Assembly (NCBI GenBank): GCA_001938485.1
Contig: MQRK01243953.1
Location: forward strand, 1 to 49,345
Length of the DNA: 49,345 nt
Source of the DNA: Girardia tigrina
Lineage: Eukaryota
Direction: 5' to 3'
Shown here: piece after piece, positions 1-12,311 of the stretch
Numbering within the stretch: the stretch's first letter is position 1
Layout: the number at the start of each line of letters is the position of its first letter
The notes under the pieces: model-generated
Told to the model about the DNA's origin: nothing
The model's database searches: none
The model's input: the letters and a program-made list of their open reading frames with translations, nothing else
Program-made: the position numbers and the translations under genes

Positions 1-692
1 ACGACGTCTTACTGTTCGATCAGATACCTTAATACCTGTCTCCACAATACTTTTGGTTAGTAATTGGAGTGGTAATTTCCGATTTTGAAGACAGATTTCT
101 CTGATTCTCCTATCGGTTCATGGCGTTGTTATTCGTCGACGCCCACAAGCATTGACTCTTTTTGGAGTCAGAGTTATTTGACTGTCTATTTTTTTCTTTA
201 CATTCTTCACGGAGCTTCTAGACATGCCAACAAGTTTGGCAATTTTATATTGTGAGTGATTTCCTGCTTTTAAAAGTCCCCAAATCTGACCGACCTTCTT
301 CGGAGAGAGATCCGAACTTTGACCCATCTAAAAATATTTAAATGCAATTAAATTTCACAGAAAACGTAACATTTAATTAACTAGTATACGTATAAGTATG
401 GACAATATCACAATACTTACAGTATTAAAAAATCCTGTTCAACTGTCCACTGAAATACTCGATATTCACTACTCAAAATAAGACACACTTGCACTGTTTC
501 ACTTTCACAGAGCTAATAAGTAGTAGTTACAAATTATACAAANNNNNNNNNNNNNNNNNNNNNNNNNNNNNNNNNNTAATTAATAATAGCAATAATACAA
601 ATAACAACTTCTTAGATTTCATTAGCTAAGGTGCATTTAAATGTAAAAATAACGATTTTTCTTAGTGGGTCTAATAATATGGCCAAGTACTG
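1..692 (-). mobile_element. Tc1-like DNA transposon, 5' part (runs off window start), transposase disrupted
   Basis: Minus-strand terminus CAGTACTTGGCC... abuts TA at 693-694. ORF 327-118 encodes a Tc1 HTH-like N-terminus (MGQSSDLS...GRRRITTP), then TGA, then continues TDRRIREI...VSDRTVRRR. Confidence 0.85.
543..576. other. Assembly gap
   Basis: Run of N. Confidence 1.
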
Positions 693-2395
693 TAAGTTTT
701 GAAAGAATAGGGAATGCATTATCATAATGTGAAAGAGAAATGGTGATTGCTTAAGGATCACATAAAATGAAAAAAACATTAACTTGGCTATTACATAACA
801 AGAAAAGAACTACGTGTAATTAGTTATTTTGCAGAGCATTTTAAACATTTTTTGTATGGAAAAAGATGTTCGTTATAATGCTTTAACGTTTATGATGGAT
901 ACAAAGAATTCTACCACACAATAGTTTTAAAAATGGATAAATTTTCTGAGTAGTCTCGAATGGATTATAGAAGGGGTTAAAAACATTCAAATACTGATGC
1001 AATACTGAATCGATGTTTATTCTCAACTCAAATAAATCCTTTTGGAAATGTACTAAATTTTATATCTGTTTGAAAAGACTATATAAATATATCAACCAAA
1101 TAATTAATTTAAAAATTAATTATTTTTTTACTCATTGTCAATGTATAAATTGTATTAACATTATTTGTATGAAATGATATTTCATATCCGGTGTTCCTTT
1201 ATAATTATGAACGTAACCAACGGAATTTGTTTAATTATTCAAAGGAAATGTCACAATTACATTCCAGCTAAGAAAAATTAACAATATTAAAAATAATTTA
1301 AGATTGATAACTTTTTTTATTTATATCAAGTTTTATTATAAATAAATTACAAAAATGCAATTGGAAATGGCATTATGTTCAATTTTATTGCAAGCCATAG
1401 GTCGTTTTAGAATATAATTTTATGATATTATTACCATAAAATAGGTAATTTTATATTAATAATGATGATAATAATAATAAAAATAAGAAGAATAATAAAT
1501 AATGATAGTGATAATAATGGTAATAATAACATTATAATAATTGGCATGTAAGTAGAATAAAATGTTATGTAAAATAGAAACAATATGATAAATAATTATG
1601 CAAATCGCGTTATTCATGTGAAGTATTATGTTAAAATCTATTAAAAATTTTCAGTATTTGTACATGAGGCTGATGTCAATTTGATCTATTAATTAATGTT
1701 TTACATTATAAATATCTAGGAAAAAACGATTTATAAAAAAAATTTACATCAAGAATGAGAAAAAAATATTAAGGAAAAAAGAAAATTTAAAAGAAATTTT
1801 TATCCTTCGTTGTATGTTATTTTTGTTGTCGAAATTTTCAAATAAAGAAATATTTTTTATTTATTATTTTTCTTTCAAAATAGAATTTTGAAGAAAAATT
1901 TCTCTTTACTTTGCAAGTTTTGATTTTAAATTTATATATTGGTTCAAAAATAAATGTTTTTTAAAAATATTTTCTATTTTTTATTACTCTTTCTACTTTC
2001 ATTGAAGAAAAGAAATGAAAATTAAAAATTTTGTTATTTATATATTTATTTTGTATGTTTAATTTTATGATAGTTTAATGTTCTAACTTTTCAAACATTA
2101 GAATGAAAATTATATTCACATAAAGAGGCTTCAAGTTATGACATAAAGAAAATAAAGTAGGGATTTTATTTTCCAATATTAGTTTTTAGTGTCTTCATAT
2201 ACTTAAGTAATAAGAATTAGCATCTTAATTTCTATATCAAAGTATGTTCTAGACATCCAGATTAGACATCATGATTTATTTTCCTAATAAAGTTACTTTA
2301 AATTTTGAAAATAGTTAGTAATTAGTGGGCATCCCATCTCTTTCAATGGTATTGAGCTGTAGGCTCTTTAGAGGGTCCAATCCAACTAAAAAGCA

Positions 2396-3357
2396 CTAGC
2401 AGCCCCCCGATAGGCCTCCTACGAGGTTGTCAGTTTTCCGCTTACGATGTCTCTTCGGACTCCCAGTAAAAAATGACCAACCATGTTCGGATGTTCCATG
2501 ATTTAGCATTCCTTTAGCCGTTCCTGTGGATTTTGAACAGCCAGCAAAAGGACAGTTGAAATTTCCTTTTTCAAATAAATCTGTTAAACGGAAATTTAAC
2601 GATTCTGAGGAGATCGTTTCCTAGAGATTAGTTGAAAATTCGTATTGACGAATTCGTATTTGACTAAAATTCGTACCTGAATTTAGCTTGTAATTGTTGG
2701 ATTTTCTTCCTTCTTGGTATCACCGATCAATTTTACCCCACCACACGAATCACCATCACAACATTCACCTGCTTTTCTTCTTTGATGCTTCTGTGGGATT
2801 TGATTGGATTGATTTGCTTCTTCCGTGTTATCTGTCTTGTAGTGTCTGGTCAGCCACCCCATTGATGCATTGCTCCTGGAGCAGTACTGACATGGATAAG
2901 GTTTTTACTTGTCCTGTACCGTTTCATGATTCATTTTAATATGTCTATTGAGCTCCTTTTGTTCTGCAAAGGCCTTCTTGCAAAGCTCGTAGTGACATTG
3001 GACCATTTTCATTCTCGGTTTGATCAGTTTCGGAAGATCTTCGGTCTTCCTCCCTACGATACTCATGTTGCGGATTAAATGATCGAGCCTGTATCGCATT
3101 CGGAGTTGAGCGCCATCTGCTAACAGGCTGATAACAGAATCAACAGAGGCGGTCTCTCCGAACAGGCATTCCGCATCGATCCGTAGGCATTCTTCGAGTT
3201 TCTGTTTACTTCTTCCCATGATATTTCTATTGCATTTCATTGTGCTTTTAGTAAGTAAATTAGTAAGATCGTTGAGTTCTTCAAAGCCGCAATCATGAAT
3301 GTCTGTTGGACCTAAAAGATCCAAACTGATGATAAAAAATCTATTGAAATAACGCAT
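2396..3357 (-). pseudogene. Decayed ORF with three C2H2-type zinc fingers, probably the 3' end of a retroelement ORF
   Basis: CHYELCKKAFAEQKELNRHIKMNH, then a stop, KPYPCQYCSRSNASMGWLTRHY, and further on CPFAGCSKSTGTAKGMLNHGTSEH. No introns; in-frame stops present. Confidence 0.55.
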
Positions 3358-3446
3358 TTCTTCGTTCTTATCAACCCACTATATGCTATGTAACTTCAAC
3401 ATTCAGAAGGCAAGACATTTTATGTTTGTCGACATATGGACTAATT

Positions 3447-3450
<4 letters not shown>

Positions 3451-3478
<28 letters not shown>
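3451..3478. repeat. (TA)n microsatellite
   Basis: Direct reading. Confidence 0.95.
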
Positions 3479-3482
<4 letters not shown>

Positions 3483-3494
3483 GGATAAAAACAA

Positions 3495-3535
3495 GACGAC
3501 GCGTTTCGAGATAATAAAAATCCCATCATCAGGTC
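3495..3535 (-). ncRNA. Minimal type I hammerhead ribozyme motif (Penelope-like element remnant)
   Basis: Minus strand reads GAC-CTGATGA-T-GGGAT(ttttatt)ATCTC-GAAA-CGCG-TC-GTC: conserved core, 5-bp stem II, palindromic stem III, 3-bp stem I. Confidence 0.75.
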
Positions 3536-3571
3536 ACAAATTACATTACGCAAGTACACTATATGGTAGCT

Positions 3572-3883
3572 NNNNNNNNNNNNNNNNNNNNNNNNNNNNN
3601 NNNNNNNNNNNNNNNNNNNNNNNNNNNNNNNNNNNNNNNNNNNNNNNNNNNNNNNNNNNNNNNNNNNNNNNNNNNNNNNNNNNNNNNNNNNNNNNNNNNN
3701 NNNNNNNNNNNNNNNNNNNNNNNNNNNNNNNNNNNNNNNNNNNNNNNNNNNNNNNNNNNNNNNNNNNNNNNNNNNNNNNNNNNNNNNNNNNNNNNNNNNN
3801 NNNNNNNNNNNNNNNNNNNNNNNNNNNNNNNNNNNNNNNNNNNNNNNNNNNNNNNNNNNNNNNNNNNNNNNNNNNNNNNNNNN
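3572..3883. other. Assembly gap
   Basis: Run of N. Confidence 1.
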
Positions 3884-3902
3884 ATATAGATTTTACTTTG
3901 CA

Positions 3903-3905
<3 letters not shown>

Positions 3906-3947
<42 letters not shown>
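3906..3947. repeat. (TA)n microsatellite
   Basis: Direct reading. Confidence 0.95.
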
Positions 3948-3951
<4 letters not shown>

Positions 3952-4202
3952 TTTAACTATATATATTCATTTCATTTTTTACCAAAATATAATATTCTAT
4001 TTTTTATTTAATGCATAAATATATTTTCTATCATGAAAGGTCCTTTCCAAATCGATGATTTAATGTTTATTTTTACATTTTCTTCAAACAAATTAAATCA
4101 TTTGTAACTATTTCAATGTTAATAATTTTTTAAAAAAAATGTATTTTAAATATTACTTGGAAACACAATATGTTTTTTGCTTGTTAAACTAATCAATTTC
4201 AG

Positions 4203-4383
4203 GTGTAATGAGCGACAAATTGAAGAACACAAATTTGAAGAATACACCATTATTCATCGATACCCTTTCAACGATCACAACCCACCGATGTTTGATCAAA
4301 TGGTGGCGTGTGTTAATGAAATTATGTCTTACTTAAAGCAAAATGAAGAAAATGTTGTTGCTATCCAATGTAAAGCTGGAAAG
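4203..4383 (+). CDS. PTEN: PTEN-family phosphatase, internal exon A (phosphatase domain, WPD-equivalent loop, first half of P-loop)
   Basis: tttcAG acceptor and GTaaac donor. Translation CNERQ...YPFNDHNPP...VVAIQCKAGK matches PTEN CAERH...YPFEDHNPP...VAAIHCKAGK. Confidence 0.93.
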
Positions 4384-6118
4384 GTAAACTGTTCGAATTC
4401 TACTTTTGTTTATAGACAATATTTTATTGTACCTTAACACAAAGTAAAACTTATATTAACTTATATTAACGAATAAAAAATGTGTAAATTAATATATATA
4501 TAGCTTTTTTCAAGAAATTGATTATTGAACATTATTTTGGCATTTCGTATTCCATCATCAGCAATTATAATTTAATATTTGTAAGTTTTTATATTAGTTT
4601 TATAAAAAATTATTTTTATGAGAATGATTTTTTATTTTAATTATTAAGATATTATTCTATAGTAATAGCAAAATGCTTTTTAATGTTTCTTTCTAATTCT
4701 GTGCATCGTTATTAAGAAGACATTACAACCCATTAATAAGCATTCAAAAATAACAAAGTAAATCTGTTTAAAATTTTAAAATCGTTAATTAAATTTAGAA
4801 AGTACAAATTGAAAATATACTTCCATTTAAACTAACTTATTTATAAAAATAATTTTCGAAAATATCAAATTTGGTATTTGTTAGTTTCGGTGGGCACGCC
4901 ACCTGATTGAGAAAATTAATCCATTGAAATCGGAATAATTTATATGCAACCACAATACAATTTATACAATGCAGTTCCTTTTAAAAATCTCCAGCTTCAA
5001 AGATTATTTAAACAACTGTTACATGTTAAATTTATTTATTAAAAGAAATATTTAACATGAAAAAATATGTATAATTATTTGTTTAAATAATATCTATTTA
5101 AAAGTATTTTTTGTTGAAAAATAAATTTTATAGATTTGTTATTCGTTGTTACAACTTTGTCTCTCAGTTTTTTTAATATTTTATTTTGAGAAACTTATTT
5201 TTTTAGTTCTTTTGATGTCAAATCGGAACCGACAATTTATATACTTTTAATTTTTATTCTATATTTTTTAATTATTAATTAATTTATTAATTTCTATTCT
5301 ATTTTTATGATACTTTTTTTCCATATTAATTTCCTCTATTCACCTTGATAAATAATTATTTTTAAAGTCTTTAATTTTTAACGACCTTTAATTCTAATTC
5401 AAATTTTTCCCAGTCGCGTTTTAATTTCTTTAAATTATATTTGAAAAATAATTTTGATATTTTATTTCCATAATTAAAGATATTATTGGATAATAATGGC
5501 AAAATTTTTTAAAAAAATTAAAAAAGATTTGAAAGGGCTTTACTTTATTAATTTTGAATGTTTATTAATGAGTTTTATTATTTAATTAATAATGATTCAC
5601 AGCACTGCTCCTCATAATGTTAATCAAATCACTTCTGTAAAACAGAAAATTCATCCTTTGAAACAGAAGAGATTCTATTTTTACAATGTAACCAATGATC
5701 TCAACCTGACTCGATTGACTTGATTGTGAATGCTCACTAATGAAGGTTTCGAGATTATGATTTGTCTCCCCAATTGTCGAATTTTTATAGCATGTAGGAA
5801 TCTTGGGAAGCTTTTTAATTAAAGCTAAAAAGAAAGACATTTGAAATTAATTTACTTTAAGTATATTTTTAGAATGTTTTTTTTTAAAGTTGTGAGGAAT
5901 ATTTTGAATGTTTGATATTTTGTGTTTGAATGTTGTATGTTGATTTGGAATTGTGTCTCTCCGACTCAGATGACTGATAAATATTTTAATTCTTATTATC
6001 TGAAAATAAGTAATGTTTAAATTTATTTCTAATTTAAAATAATTGTAAATTTTTAATAAGTTTAATAATGTTATTTACAATTTTTAAATAAATAAATTGA
6101 ATGTCCTTCCAAGTCTAT

Positions 6119-6143
6119 TATATATATATATATATATATATAT
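6119..6143. repeat. (TA)n microsatellite
   Basis: Direct reading. Confidence 0.9.
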
Positions 6144-7229
6144 TTAATGAAAATTAATTTAATAATCAAATTTGTTTTCAATTTGTTCAAGTAAGCATTA
6201 AAATTCACGTGGAAAGGAAACAAATGTCAAATGAAAATTTTCACATCGTCACTCTCTCGGTTTAAACATGGCAAACGAAAATTGCTTTTTATTTCCATTT
6301 ATTTTATAAGTTAATAATCTTTATTTTATTTTTTTTATTTTTACCTGTTTTCTTTAGATTTATTTTATTTTTTTACTAATATCACATAAATTTTTTAATA
6401 AAATAACAAAAATGAAATGAACTTATTACGTAAAATATTATTCATATTTGTCATTAACCTAGAATTGGAAAAGTATCAATGATAAAATTGTTTATTTTAA
6501 TTATTATACAGTTTTTAGTTTAAAAAACCTTTTTTTTACTTCTTAGATTTTCAAACTTCATGTACTTCATGTTTTATATAATTATTTAATTTTTGTTGGT
6601 TTTTAAAAAAAATCCTTTTTTTAGTTTAATAAAATTAATGTATTTTTTATGTTTTACGTAATTATTTAATTTTTGTTAGAATTTTAAATTAAAATTTTTG
6701 ATAAATTATTTGGCGAATTGATAATTTTTACTAACTCCTCATACTCCTTATCCTTGAATACACTTAAACGACGTGGTTATTTGATAGACAGATAACTAAC
6801 CGAGTACAACTGTATTTTCGTTGTCGTTTGATTTATCACTCCGATAAAATCTATTTCTAGTTTGGTGATCTTTATTGTTACTTTCTTTTTTTCTTTCCGT
6901 TTTTTTTGTTGCAATAAATTTATTATTATTATCTCTTCGATGTTATATTTCCAGAACAAAATATTCATCTGATGAGTTTGAATTAGTATACTTAACATTA
7001 CTCTAATCATATTATTTTCATTTGGGGATATAATTAAAAACAAAATTTGTTGATGAAGACTTCAGTTTATTGCTCACCCTTAATTTTTTTGACTTAAATC
7101 ATAAATTATCATATGTATACTCAGATATATTCTTAATTTTATCGTCAAAATCATATTAATAAAGTATTCATCCTGAATGATCAGGAATGGTCAACCGAAC
7201 GTGATACCACAAAGCCTACTTCTAAGACG

Positions 7230-7910
7230 TTTGCAAAGCTACCGACTATCAACTTACAGTTATAGACATCTGCTTATCAGTTTTCCTACTCCAAATCCCA
7301 GTTTCCCTGCGAAACAATATCCCTAGAAAATAATGGTTTGTTCGGGATTTTCATCACGAGTGTGCATTGGACCTTTCTTTTTTAATTCCACAGTCACGGC
7401 TGAGAGCTATCAGCAAATGCTGAAGCATTATGTAATTCCGAACTTAAAGAAGCACAAAAAGTTCAGCACAACCATATTTCAGCAGGACGGGGCAACGCAT
7501 GACACTGCATTGAACACCAAAGAGTTTTTGAAACGAGAATTTGGAGAAGATGCTGTAATAAGCCGAGGGTTTTCCTTTGCTTTGTCAGGATATTCACCCG
7601 ATTTGACACTACCAGATTTTTGGTTGTGGCCCCATCTTAAAATGAAAATGTGTGCCAAGAACTATAATTTCAGTGGAAGAACTAAAAACTGCTATTCAAA
7701 ATGAATTTCATTCACTGCCTCAATGTTTCTTTTCTAATTGTGTTAACTCAGTTATTGAGAGATGTACTTTGTTTTGAGACCGATGGTGGAAATTTCTAAA
7801 GCTTATTTGTATTAAAAACTTTATTATACCTAAACATGTTTGTAACTACTCAGCTTTGGAAAAATGCAATTTTTGTTTGAAATTTCCAACTATTTAAGGG
7901 ACTCACGATA
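7230..7910 (+). mobile_element. Tc1/mariner (rosa/DD41D-like) transposase 3' fragment
   Basis: ORF 7333-7704 has IGPFFF...FQQDGA...YSPDLTLPDFWLW, with about 42 residues between the second and third catalytic D. Left boundary approximate. Confidence 0.8.
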
Positions 7911-8021
7911 GTTTCTGATAACAAAAACCTTTTGTCTAGTATGTATCGAAAAAATGTGGCCATAAAATAAGATAATTATTATAAATAAACTATTTAATTC
8001 CATTAAACTTTATAATTCCAG

Positions 8022-8271
8022 GGTCGTACGGGGGTAATTGTTTGTGCTTGTCTTCTTCAACAAAATACTGAATGGAATGCTACAGAGGCTCTTAGATTCT
8101 ATGGAAAGAGCCGGACAACAAATTCCAAAGGTGTAACAATTCCTAGTCAGATTCGTTATATATATTATTTTGCTCATTATTTGTCAAATGGATTACACTA
8201 CGAAAGTATTTCATTGAAATTAAATTATTTGGTGTTGAATGAGTTACCCAATATTGCCGGTAACAATTACG
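8022..8271 (+). CDS. PTEN: PTEN exon B (second half of P-loop, TI loop, start of C2 domain)
   Basis: ccAG acceptor and GTaag donor. GRTGVIVCACLL...EALRFYGKSRT...KGVTIPSQIRYIYYF matches PTEN; joins exon A in phase 0. Confidence 0.95.
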
Positions 8272-8454
8272 GTAAGACTTTCTGCCTCGATTTTAAAATT
8301 TTATAATATTTAAGTACTTTTTATAATTTTTAATATCTAAAATAAAAGATAATTTTCTATTAATTTCTTCATTATTTCTAAATGATATTATATTATTATT
8401 ATTGTTAATTTTAGTCTTATTTTTTCAATATAACTTTTTTTATTAACCTTTGGG

Positions 8455-8800
8455 TTAACTTTTCATGCAAACTTTTGAATCTTGGGGGAGTATGTAGGTC
8501 ATGTACCGATTTCGGTATGTTTCATGTTGCTTGTATCTACGTTCAGAGACTCATTGCAAGATAAAAGATAGGCTGGGATGAAGCAGTGTCTAAAGAGATT
8601 AGAAAAGATCATTGAAATCGGTCATATGTTGAGGATTGAGGAAGATCCTGCAGCAGACAAGTAAGTAGTGAATTGTAATGATAATGTGGTAATTTGGACA
8701 GATTCAAGTAGTATATTAATGAGCGTGCTTCTATGGGTTAACTGTGATAACGTTGAGGACACTGCTTGGCTAAGAAAAGAGAAGGACACACATAGTTATT
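8455..8800 (+). mobile_element. Degenerate LTR-retrotransposon pol fragment (RNase H-like)
   Basis: VVIWTDSSS...NVEDTAWLRKEKDTH resembles the WCDASS...EDAAWLRK motif of some invertebrate Gypsy-type pol proteins; many stops. Confidence 0.55.
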
Positions 8801-9103
8801 GAACATGTCAAGTTTTAAAAATGTCTACTTACAATGAAAGTATCTCATTTCATTTATGTGTCGAATTAAAAACATGTCGAATTAGAAAATATGTGTCGAA
8901 TTGTCATGGAACTCTTTTTGTTTTAATTAATACGTTGTAATGGTTTACATTTCAATCCAAATCTCATGAATAATTGTTGTAGCTCTTAACTATTAAGTTA
9001 AAAAAAGAAAAAGTTAATTAAAAAGATAAAGAATAATAAATATTTATTTCTTGAAAAATCAAAATACAATACCGTTTTTTAAAATCTGGTTTAAAATCTG
9101 CAT

Positions 9104-9338
9104 ATCCAAACAAATTCAAATATTTTTTAACAGATTTAAATCATTTTTTTACAGATTAAAATCATTTTTTTATAGATTAAAATAATTTTTTATAGATTGA
9201 AATCATTTTTTTAGATTTAAATCCTTTTAGAAAACTCATATTTCTAAAAGTTTTCTAAAATGATTTCTATAAAAAAATGGTTTAAATCTATAAAAAATGA
9301 TTTCAATCTGTAAAAAAAATATTTGAATTTGTTAGGAT
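9104..9338. repeat. Foldback/MITE-like element with internal ~23-bp tandem units
   Basis: ATCCAAACAAATTCAAATA at the left is inverted at the right (TATTTGAATTTGTTAGGAT). Units like tagattaaaatcatttttt repeat in both arms. Confidence 0.65.
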
Positions 9339-9479
9339 TAGCTTAAGCAAATAACAATTTTGTGTAATTTGAAGATAATATTCGACAACTTTTTTTCGAA
9401 TAATCGAATATTCGAAAGATGCATAAAATATCAAATAATCTAATATTCGAAAGTGACAACTCTACTATTAACTATTCAT

Positions 9480-10739
9480 CGACAAAAATAGTATCATTAT
9501 AAGATCTCGTGAAAACACCCTTCGTATTATCTATACCATTTACAAGTCATTAATATAATTTTCCAAATGACGAACAACTGGAGTCGGCCCGCCAGCACTT
9601 CAGGATCCTGGATACCTCGCCACCGCAACATGGTACGTACAAGGTATACGTCCAGAAAGACCTTACCACTCCCGAGTTTGTATGGTTGATCCTGGAACAC
9701 CCCACTTCTCTCCAAACCCGATACACTGGCCCACACCGGATGCTTCAACTCCACACGGAAAATAATACGGTCACTATCGACTTCAACGGCACACATCACA
9801 CCGTCAATTTATGCAAGCTGAAGCCTTGTGTCTACATCGAAGATCACATGAACAACTCCACTATCCTTTCTTCTGTCAAGAAATCAGTCTCGTTCTCGCT
9901 ATGGGTTCAAATCTCGAACACATCATATCTCATCCAATTACGTACGGCATAACACTCATCGGAATGTCTCCGCATCTTAAAGGGGGGGGGGGCTGATGTA
10001 GTGTCCTTTAATTTCTTATTAAAATTTTATTTAAATTCCATTTAAGAAGTTTCAAAATCGAAATTAATTTCTTATTAAAATTTTTTTTTAATTAATTCAA
10101 TTTAACAAGTTTAAATCGAAGTCAATTTCATTGCCAAAATCACTTAATCATTTTTTTGTTGTTCCTGATCGTATTACTTTCGCATTTTGGGGTATGAAAC
10201 AAATCGAACTTCTAATTAGAAAAAAATAATTGATTAAAAAAGAAAAGAAAATAAGAAACTTTGTTTTAATATTCAAACATTAGTTTTTTTCCTTGAGTGT
10301 GTTTTGTATGAATAAAAATATTTTATCAACAATGGCTTTATTTTTTAATCGATATTTAATATTTTTGCCCGACGTCGCTCCAAGCTAGGCGACACCTGGG
10401 CGAGCTCTCAAAAGTCATCTATCGGTCGATTTGACGGTCCAACCGATATGCATTTTTTGGATCTTTGGACGATATCTGAGTCCCATAATTAGTATAGTTT
10501 TCCAAATCATTAATGTAATATATTAACTTTAGTTGATATATTGTTGTGTGATATCTTTTCGTTTGTAATTTCTCGACTTTTCTTTCTTTGAGTGCTTTGT
10601 ATTTTGTGTAACTGGTCTGAGTTTTGTGTACTGCTTTTATTTTTAGTGATATTGGTATGAATTGTGTGTTATAAATAATTGTCCAAACATTTGTTGGAGT
10701 TGAACAGGGTTATCGGGACAATTTAAAGTGTACACGTCA
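9480..10739 (+). mobile_element. 3' end of a Ty3/Gypsy element: integrase C-terminus, polypurine tract, 3' LTR (~9994-10739)
   Basis: SLQTRYTGPHRML...HTVNLCKLKP (GPY/F-like motif) and a G-run PPT at ~9979-9992 followed by TGATGT. The candidate LTR end ACGTCA at 10734-10739 is less certain. Confidence 0.7.
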
Positions 10740-11231
10740 ACTCGTCAGATTTTATTTTTTAAATAATTCAAAGTAAAGACATATCAATCTTAAAAGATTT
10801 ATATTTACAAATGGGAAACAAAAGTAAATCGAAAAAGAAGTCCATCAAGTTAAATGTAAATAAATTGATAGAATTAGAAAATTCCAATAAAATTAACGAA
10901 ATAAATTAAATATGTTGTCCGAAGAGATAAAAATAATAAATAATTTTAAAATATATGGTCAATGATCGCTTAGCGATCACAAAATCAATAATACGAAACA
11001 TAATTTGAATTTGGCAATTAAGTATCTTTGACTGTTTATAATTCGTAGTTGGACTGTTTGTGATCCTGACTGCCTATTATTATTATATTTGATGAGGTTA
11101 TTTTTTGTTTTGCGTGATATAAAGTTTATTAATAGTTTGTCTTAATTGAGTTATTTTTGTTATACAATTAAATCCAACCTATTCCATTTTATTTTATTAT
11201 TATTTAATTATAGTAGCTAATAACTACTATA

Positions 11232-12091
11232 ATTAGTATAGTTTTCCAAATCAATAGCATATTTTTTAGATATTTAAAAAGAATATAATTTTTTCATTTT
11301 AACTTGAGAATTTTTTATTTGGAAGTGATTTTTTTTAGTTTTGAACTGATTTGAAATATAAATTCAATTTGAAATGTAAATTCAATTTTTAAAAATACTT
11401 ATTTGTTTTTATTAATTTTTACTTAAATGTAAATATTTTTTGCTCCGTATTTTTAACTGAAGTCATCAAATATATTTTGAATTCAAGAGAACACTTATGA
11501 GGGTCGATGATCATAATGGGCAATGCAAGAATCCATAGGAGAAGCGATTTTGAGAGAATCATTCCTATGTTTGAATTGATTCTGAAATTCTTATCTCCCT
11601 ATATGCTTAATTCAATATCAAATGTGTTTTCAAAGATGAAGAGATGTGTAAGAAGTTTCGTTGGGTGTGATTTTGACGGTGAAGTCTGACAAGGAAGTCT
11701 GATAATGGAAGGTAATTGCTGAGGTTACTGATGTAGATTGCAATAATTATAATATATAATATATGATGCGTATACTCGGGAATATGACAAGAACGGTAAC
11801 TGGAGAACAATATGTCAGTTAAAACATATTTTGAAATGTTTATTAGTTTTATTTTTGTGGTGTAATAATATAAACATTCTTTATGAATTTAAGACATGAA
11901 TGTGAGCAGTAGCAGTTGAATAAAATTAAGAAGCAAAAAATATTTACATTTAAGTAAAAAAGTTAATATGGAATAAAATATATAAATTTTTATAAATATT
12001 TTCTATTTATATTTTATAAAATTGAAAAATTCTCAAGTTAAAGTTAAAATAATTATATTCTTTTTTTAAATATTTTAAAAACTATACTAAT
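11232..12091 (+). mobile_element. Internally deleted Tc1/IS630-like element with long imperfect TIRs
   Basis: ATTAGTATAGTTTT / AAAACTATACTAAT termini and ~200 bp of imperfect inverted sequence. Internal IIMGNARIH...FLSPYMLNSISNVFSKMK is a degenerate DD34E C-terminus. Confidence 0.75.
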
Positions 12092-12117
12092 GAAATAAAG
12101 AAAATTTCAGAAAGGGT

Positions 12118-12311
12118 AGTCGATAAGTTTATCTTTTAATTTGAAGTTTATAGAAATTATTTAAGACTTCATAACATCATTTTATTGAACTAATTGAGAT
12201 CTATTAAATACTGTTAGGAAATTTTTAATAAAGATCAGCGATTCCCTTCACTAATATCAGGAAACCTGTCGAAGTATAAATTATTGTTTAACATTAATAA
12301 TAGTCGAATTT
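12118..12311 (-). repeat. Inverted copy of the interior of the MITE at 13326-13642
   Basis: Near-identical reverse complement of 13375-13582. Confidence 0.9.

Noticed and set aside
694-2330. Search for PTEN 5' exons (e.g. RKKRFIK at ~1718)
   Set aside because: No DLDLTY, IAMGFP or YNL-like frame with splice sites was found; the 5' exons probably lie upstream of the window.
3559-3903. ORFs spanning N runs (also 46044-46796)
   Set aside because: Artefacts of assembly gaps.
5586-5960. 84-aa minus-strand ORF next to a TG-rich tract as a possible third cargo element
   Set aside because: No TGGAGCGG/CTGTCCA termini or TSD found and no recognisable protein family.
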